DNA of 54,642 nucleotides from Moorena sp. SIO3A2 (GTDB lineage Bacteria; Cyanobacteriota; Cyanobacteriia; Cyanobacteriales; Coleofasciculaceae): NCBI RefSeq assembly GCF_010672265.1, contig NZ_JAAHHC010000004.1, positions 70,161 to 124,802 of the forward strand, read 5' to 3'. Shown piece by piece: positions 52,014 to 54,642 of this stretch (position 1 is its first letter; each line of letters starts with the position of its first letter). The notes under the pieces were generated by a model. It saw only the letters and a program-made list of their open reading frames with translations, ran no database searches and was not told where the DNA came from. The position numbers and the translations under genes were made by a program.

Positions 52014-52421
52014 ATGAGTTACTCCATGCTTCGTCGTTCTAATCGCCCACTGGGCAAAACCCTAGATCCTGAAAAGATTAGTTTGATTGAAGAAGCAATT
52101 CGCGATCGCAAGTATTCCTGGGCTTGTGTTTTGATGCTGCGTTATTTGGGTCTTAACCCCTTAGAATACATACCGTCGCGAACCTACTGCCGATTGCGAC
52201 GGGATAACGAGAAAATGGACTCACTCAATCCAGCTACAACCGACAGCCTTAAGCAGGATAGGGAAGATGCTCAGAAGTGCTTAAGGAACATTAAAGATCT
52301 CGACTATGCAAAGCCCCTTGACAGCAGAAGCCAACTAGTTCAAGGGGGCTCTAAAGAACAGTGGTTTAACAAAAAATTGCCAAAATTATACTCAAGTACT
52401 AGGAATATAAGGTGTTTCTAG
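52014..52421 (+). CDS. HetP-like protein, 135 aa (copy 3)
   Basis: [38 protein letters not shown]. Confidence 0.6.
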   Translation: MSYSMLRRSNRPLGKTLDPEKISLIEEAIRDRKYSWACVLMLRYLGLNPLEYIPSRTYCRLRRDNEKMDSLNPATTDSLKQDREDAQKCLRNIKDLDYAKPLDSRSQLVQGGSKEQWFNKKLPKLYSSTRNIRCF

Positions 52422-52446
52422 GGACTGGTAATCTCACCGTAAGTAT

Positions 52447-52535
52447 TCAGCTATCAGCCATCAGCCATCAGCCATCAGCTATCAGCTATCAGTCATCAGC
52501 TAATGCCCTACAGATGGTGCTACTTGAGATGCTTT
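52447..52535. repeat. STRR heptamers (CAGCCAT/CAGCTAT) + ATGCCCTACAGATGGTGCTACTTGAGATGC dispersed element
   Basis: visible. Confidence 0.85.
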
Positions 52536-52597
52536 TGAATAAGCGATGCAGAGGTGCGACCCGTGGCGAATTAAATTACGGGTCAAACGCACCATTA

Positions 52598-52704
52598 CGG
52601 TCTTGGGGAGGCAGTGCGGTCTTGGGGAGGCAGCGCGGTCTTGGGGAGGCAGCGCGGTCTTGGGGAGGCAGCGCGGTCTTGGGGAGGCAGCGCGGTCTTG
52701 GGGG
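52598..52704. repeat. 19-bp tandem repeat CGGTCTTGGGGAGGCAGCG x ~5.5
   Basis: visible, no spacers. Confidence 0.9.
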
Positions 52705-52815
52705 TTTCCCCCATGAGCGACTGCCGTGGTTTCCCCCATGAGCGACTGCCGTGGTTTCCCCCATGAGCGACTGCCGTGGTTTCCCCCATGAGCGACTGCC
52801 GTGGTTTCCCCCACT
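52705..52815. repeat. 25-bp tandem repeat TTTCCCCCATGAGCGACTGCCGTGG x4 (+ partial), immediately abutting the 19-mer array
   Basis: visible, no spacers. Confidence 0.9.
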
Positions 52816-52918
52816 CGCGCTTTGCATCAAGACAACAGGTAAGCATTGGAATAATGCTGAGTTACATCTGAATAAAACAGGTAAGCATTGCTTTAATCTC
52901 TGTTACTTCAGCATTAGG

Positions 52919-53066
52919 CTGACTGCTGAGTGCTGAGTGCTGAGTGCTGAATTCTGAATGCTTACACCTCACCAGGGCTGATAGCTCAATGCTGACAGTC
53001 CCCCAATCGCTGAATTTATAGCAGAAGTCAGAAGTCAGAAGTCAGAAGTCAGAAGTCAGAAGTCAA
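52919..53066. repeat. STRR heptamers (CTGAGTG / CTGAATG; CAGAAGT x6)
   Basis: visible. Confidence 0.85.
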
Positions 53067-53240
53067 ACTCTTGCGCTTACTTAGGTTTGAGACTTTTGTC
53101 ATGTCCTAACTGCCCTGGCGACTGCTATATTTTGTTTTTTATTAATTTTTTGATACTGCATAAATTGCATTAATACTCCCAAGTTATTTTTCCATAACTT
53201 GGGCATTTTTCATAACAATTTGTAACATTAAACTCTCCCT

Positions 53241-53830
53241 AAAACTTTACCGCCAAATTGGCTTGACAAGTGAGACAAATTAAATTAATAACGGTAGGTT
53301 AAAAATAACAACAACAAAACCATTGTTGTTAGCTACCTACCTAACTTAATCAAGGATCGAGCTAAAGTTTCCGCCAAATTGGCGTGACAAGTGAGACAAA
53401 TTCAACTAAGAGCGGTAGGATGAAAATAACAACAACAAAAACCAAAGTTGTTGTTAGCTACCTACCTAACTTAATCAAGGGTCGAACTAAAGTTACCGCC
53501 CAATTTGCTTGACAAGTGAGACAAATTAAATTAAGAGCGGTAGGATGAAAATAACAACAACAAAAACCAAAGTTGTTGTTAGCTACCTACCTAACTTAAT
53601 CAAGGTTCGAGCTAAAGTTTCCGCCAAATTGGCGTGACAAGTGAGACAAATTCAAGTAAGAGCGGTAGGATTAAAGTAACAACAACAAAGTTGTTTTTAG
53701 CTACCTAACTAATTTAATTAAAGTTTCCGCCAAATTGGCTTGACAAGTGAGACAAATTGAATAAGAAGCGGTAGAATAAAACTAACAACAACCAAGTTGT
53801 TCACTAACATCAAACTTACAAAAGAGCAGA
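53241..53830 (+). promoter_or_regulatory. five tandem ~100-125-bp promoter/5'-UTR units without CDS: [CGCCAAATTGGC(G/T)TGACA AGTGAGACAAATT…] + [GGTAGG…AACAACAAC(A)n…GTTGTTGTT…CTACC hairpin]; the last unit drives the family-C peptide gene
   Basis: unit starts approx 53251, 53371, 53497, 53621, 53720; TTGACA then 17 bp then TAAT/TAAG -10-like. Confidence 0.5.
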
Positions 53831-53836
53831 CCAACC

Positions 53837-54130
53837 ATGAATATTTCTGATCTAAATCACATCGAAGTTGTTAACGAAGAAACTAACATCATTGGCGCAG
53901 GATTCTCCGGACGTGTATTCTTCCGCGATTTCAAGGACATTGATATTAATAAAAGGGTCAATATCAAAGAGCGCTTTGAGTCTATTGTGAAGGTTAAGGG
54001 CAACGCGGCTACTGCTGAAGCTACTGCTGATGCCAAAGGTAAGGATAGTCTGGCTGAAACCATTACTGACGCTCAAGCCAATTCCTTCGGCTCTTCGGCA
54101 ATTTCTCTTTCTGTAGCTTTTGTCGACTAA
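53837..54130 (+). CDS. GG/GA-leader precursor peptide, family C copy 1 (97 aa; leader MNISDLNHIEVVNEETNIIGA | GFSGRVFF…; Lys/Ala-rich core)
   Basis: leader conserved with families A/B (xISDLNHxE); RBS-less but preceded by conserved UTR; tandem near-identical copy follows. Confidence 0.55.
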   Translation: MNISDLNHIEVVNEETNIIGAGFSGRVFFRDFKDIDINKRVNIKERFESIVKVKGNAATAEATADAKGKDSLAETITDAQANSFGSSAISLSVAFVD

Positions 54131-54235
54131 TCTTAGTAGGGACTAAATCTTAGTAGGGACTAAATTTTATTCCCTACTAAGATTGCTAGGAGTAAGCATT
54201 AGCTTAGCTACCTACCTAAGCCACCTACCAAACTT

Positions 54236-54355
54236 AATAAACTTTCCGCCAACTTGGCGTGACAAGTGAAACAAATTGACTTAAGAGCGGTAGGCTTAAA
54301 ATAACAACAATCAAGTTGTTGAGTAACATAAAACTAACAAAAAAGCAGACCAACC
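54236..54355 (+). promoter_or_regulatory. sixth copy of promoter/UTR unit (CCGCCAACTTGGCGTGACAAGTGAAACAAATT … AACAACAATCAAGTTGTT hairpin) upstream of family-C copy 2
   Basis: visible. Confidence 0.5.
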
Positions 54356-54642
54356 ATGAATATTTCTGACCTAAATCACATCGAAGTTGTTAACGAAGAA
54401 ACCAATATCGTTGGCGCAGGATTCTCCGGACGTGTATTCTTCCGCGATTTCAAGGACATTGATATTAATAAAAGGGTCAATATCAAAGAGCGCTTTGAGT
54501 CTATTGTGAAGGTTAAGGGCAACGCGGCTACTGCTGAAGCTACTGCTGATGCCAAAGGTAAGGATAGTCTGGCTGAAACCATTACTGACGCTCAAGCCAA
54601 TTCCTTCGGCTCTTCGGCAATTTCTCTTTCTGTAGCTTTTGT
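54356..54642 (+). CDS. GG/GA-leader precursor peptide, family C copy 2; 3' end cut by window edge
   Basis: identical to copy 1 except I19V over the 95 aa visible. Confidence 0.55.
   Translation, partial: MNISDLNHIEVVNEETNIVGAGFSGRVFFRDFKDIDINKRVNIKERFESIVKVKGNAATAEATADAKGKDSLAETITDAQANSFGSSAISLSVAF

Noticed and set aside
52598-52815. Possible CRISPR array (regular short direct repeats)
   Set aside because: Units are directly contiguous with no unique spacers, and there are two different unit lengths (19 and 25 bp). No cas genes nearby. This is plain tandem-repeat DNA.
52412-52936. ORFs 52412-52741, 52500-52846 and 52751-52936 from the ORF track
   Set aside because: These are translations of the 19-mer and 25-mer tandem arrays on both strands, giving repetitive Gly/Arg/Pro-rich pseudo-proteins.

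Overview
The window looks like an accessory-rich chromosomal region of a filamentous cyanobacterium. The taxonomic guess rests on the heptanucleotide STRR-type tandem repeats in almost every intergenic spacer and on HetC/HetP, Tab2, Dps, thioredoxin and ClC-CBS-Usp homologues. Nothing here comes from a database search; all calls are read from the ORF translations and the DNA.

Layout:
- 1-9.8 kb: two tandem paralogous NACHT (P-loop STAND NTPase) genes with long arrays of 31-aa HEAT/PBS-lyase-type repeats, 14 in the first and 26 in the second, plus an orphan HEAT-repeat C-terminal module.
- 11.0-13.7 kb: an AT-rich three-gene cassette of a GNAT-like acetyltransferase, a class I SAM methyltransferase and a class III aminotransferase.
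- 14-29 kb: housekeeping-type genes. These are a ClC channel with CBS and Usp domains, PmbA/TldD, a Tab2-like protein, Dps, tRNA-Ser(UGA), a metallophosphoesterase, a Ser/Thr kinase, thioredoxin, a CBS protein and a PsiE-like membrane protein. They are interspersed with a serine-recombinase remnant, a MITE-like insertion and several tandem or dispersed repeat families.
- 32-54.6 kb: the most interesting locus. Two paralogous export cassettes sit side by side. Each encodes a HetC-like ABC exporter (N-terminal cNMP-binding-like domain, C39 double-glycine peptidase domain, six TM helices, NBD), a HlyD-family membrane-fusion protein and a HetP-like small protein. A third hetP-like gene lies upstream. 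Each cassette is followed by tandem genes for double-glycine (GG/GA) leader peptides with long Cys-free cores of about 70-90 aa that are rich in Ser, Thr, Gly and Asn. At least three core families are present.
- The peptide genes and several ORF-less tandem units share a near-palindromic motif, CGCCAAATTGGCG, that overlaps a TTGACA -35 box. It is followed by a conserved 5'-UTR hairpin (AACAACAAC...GTTGTTGTT).
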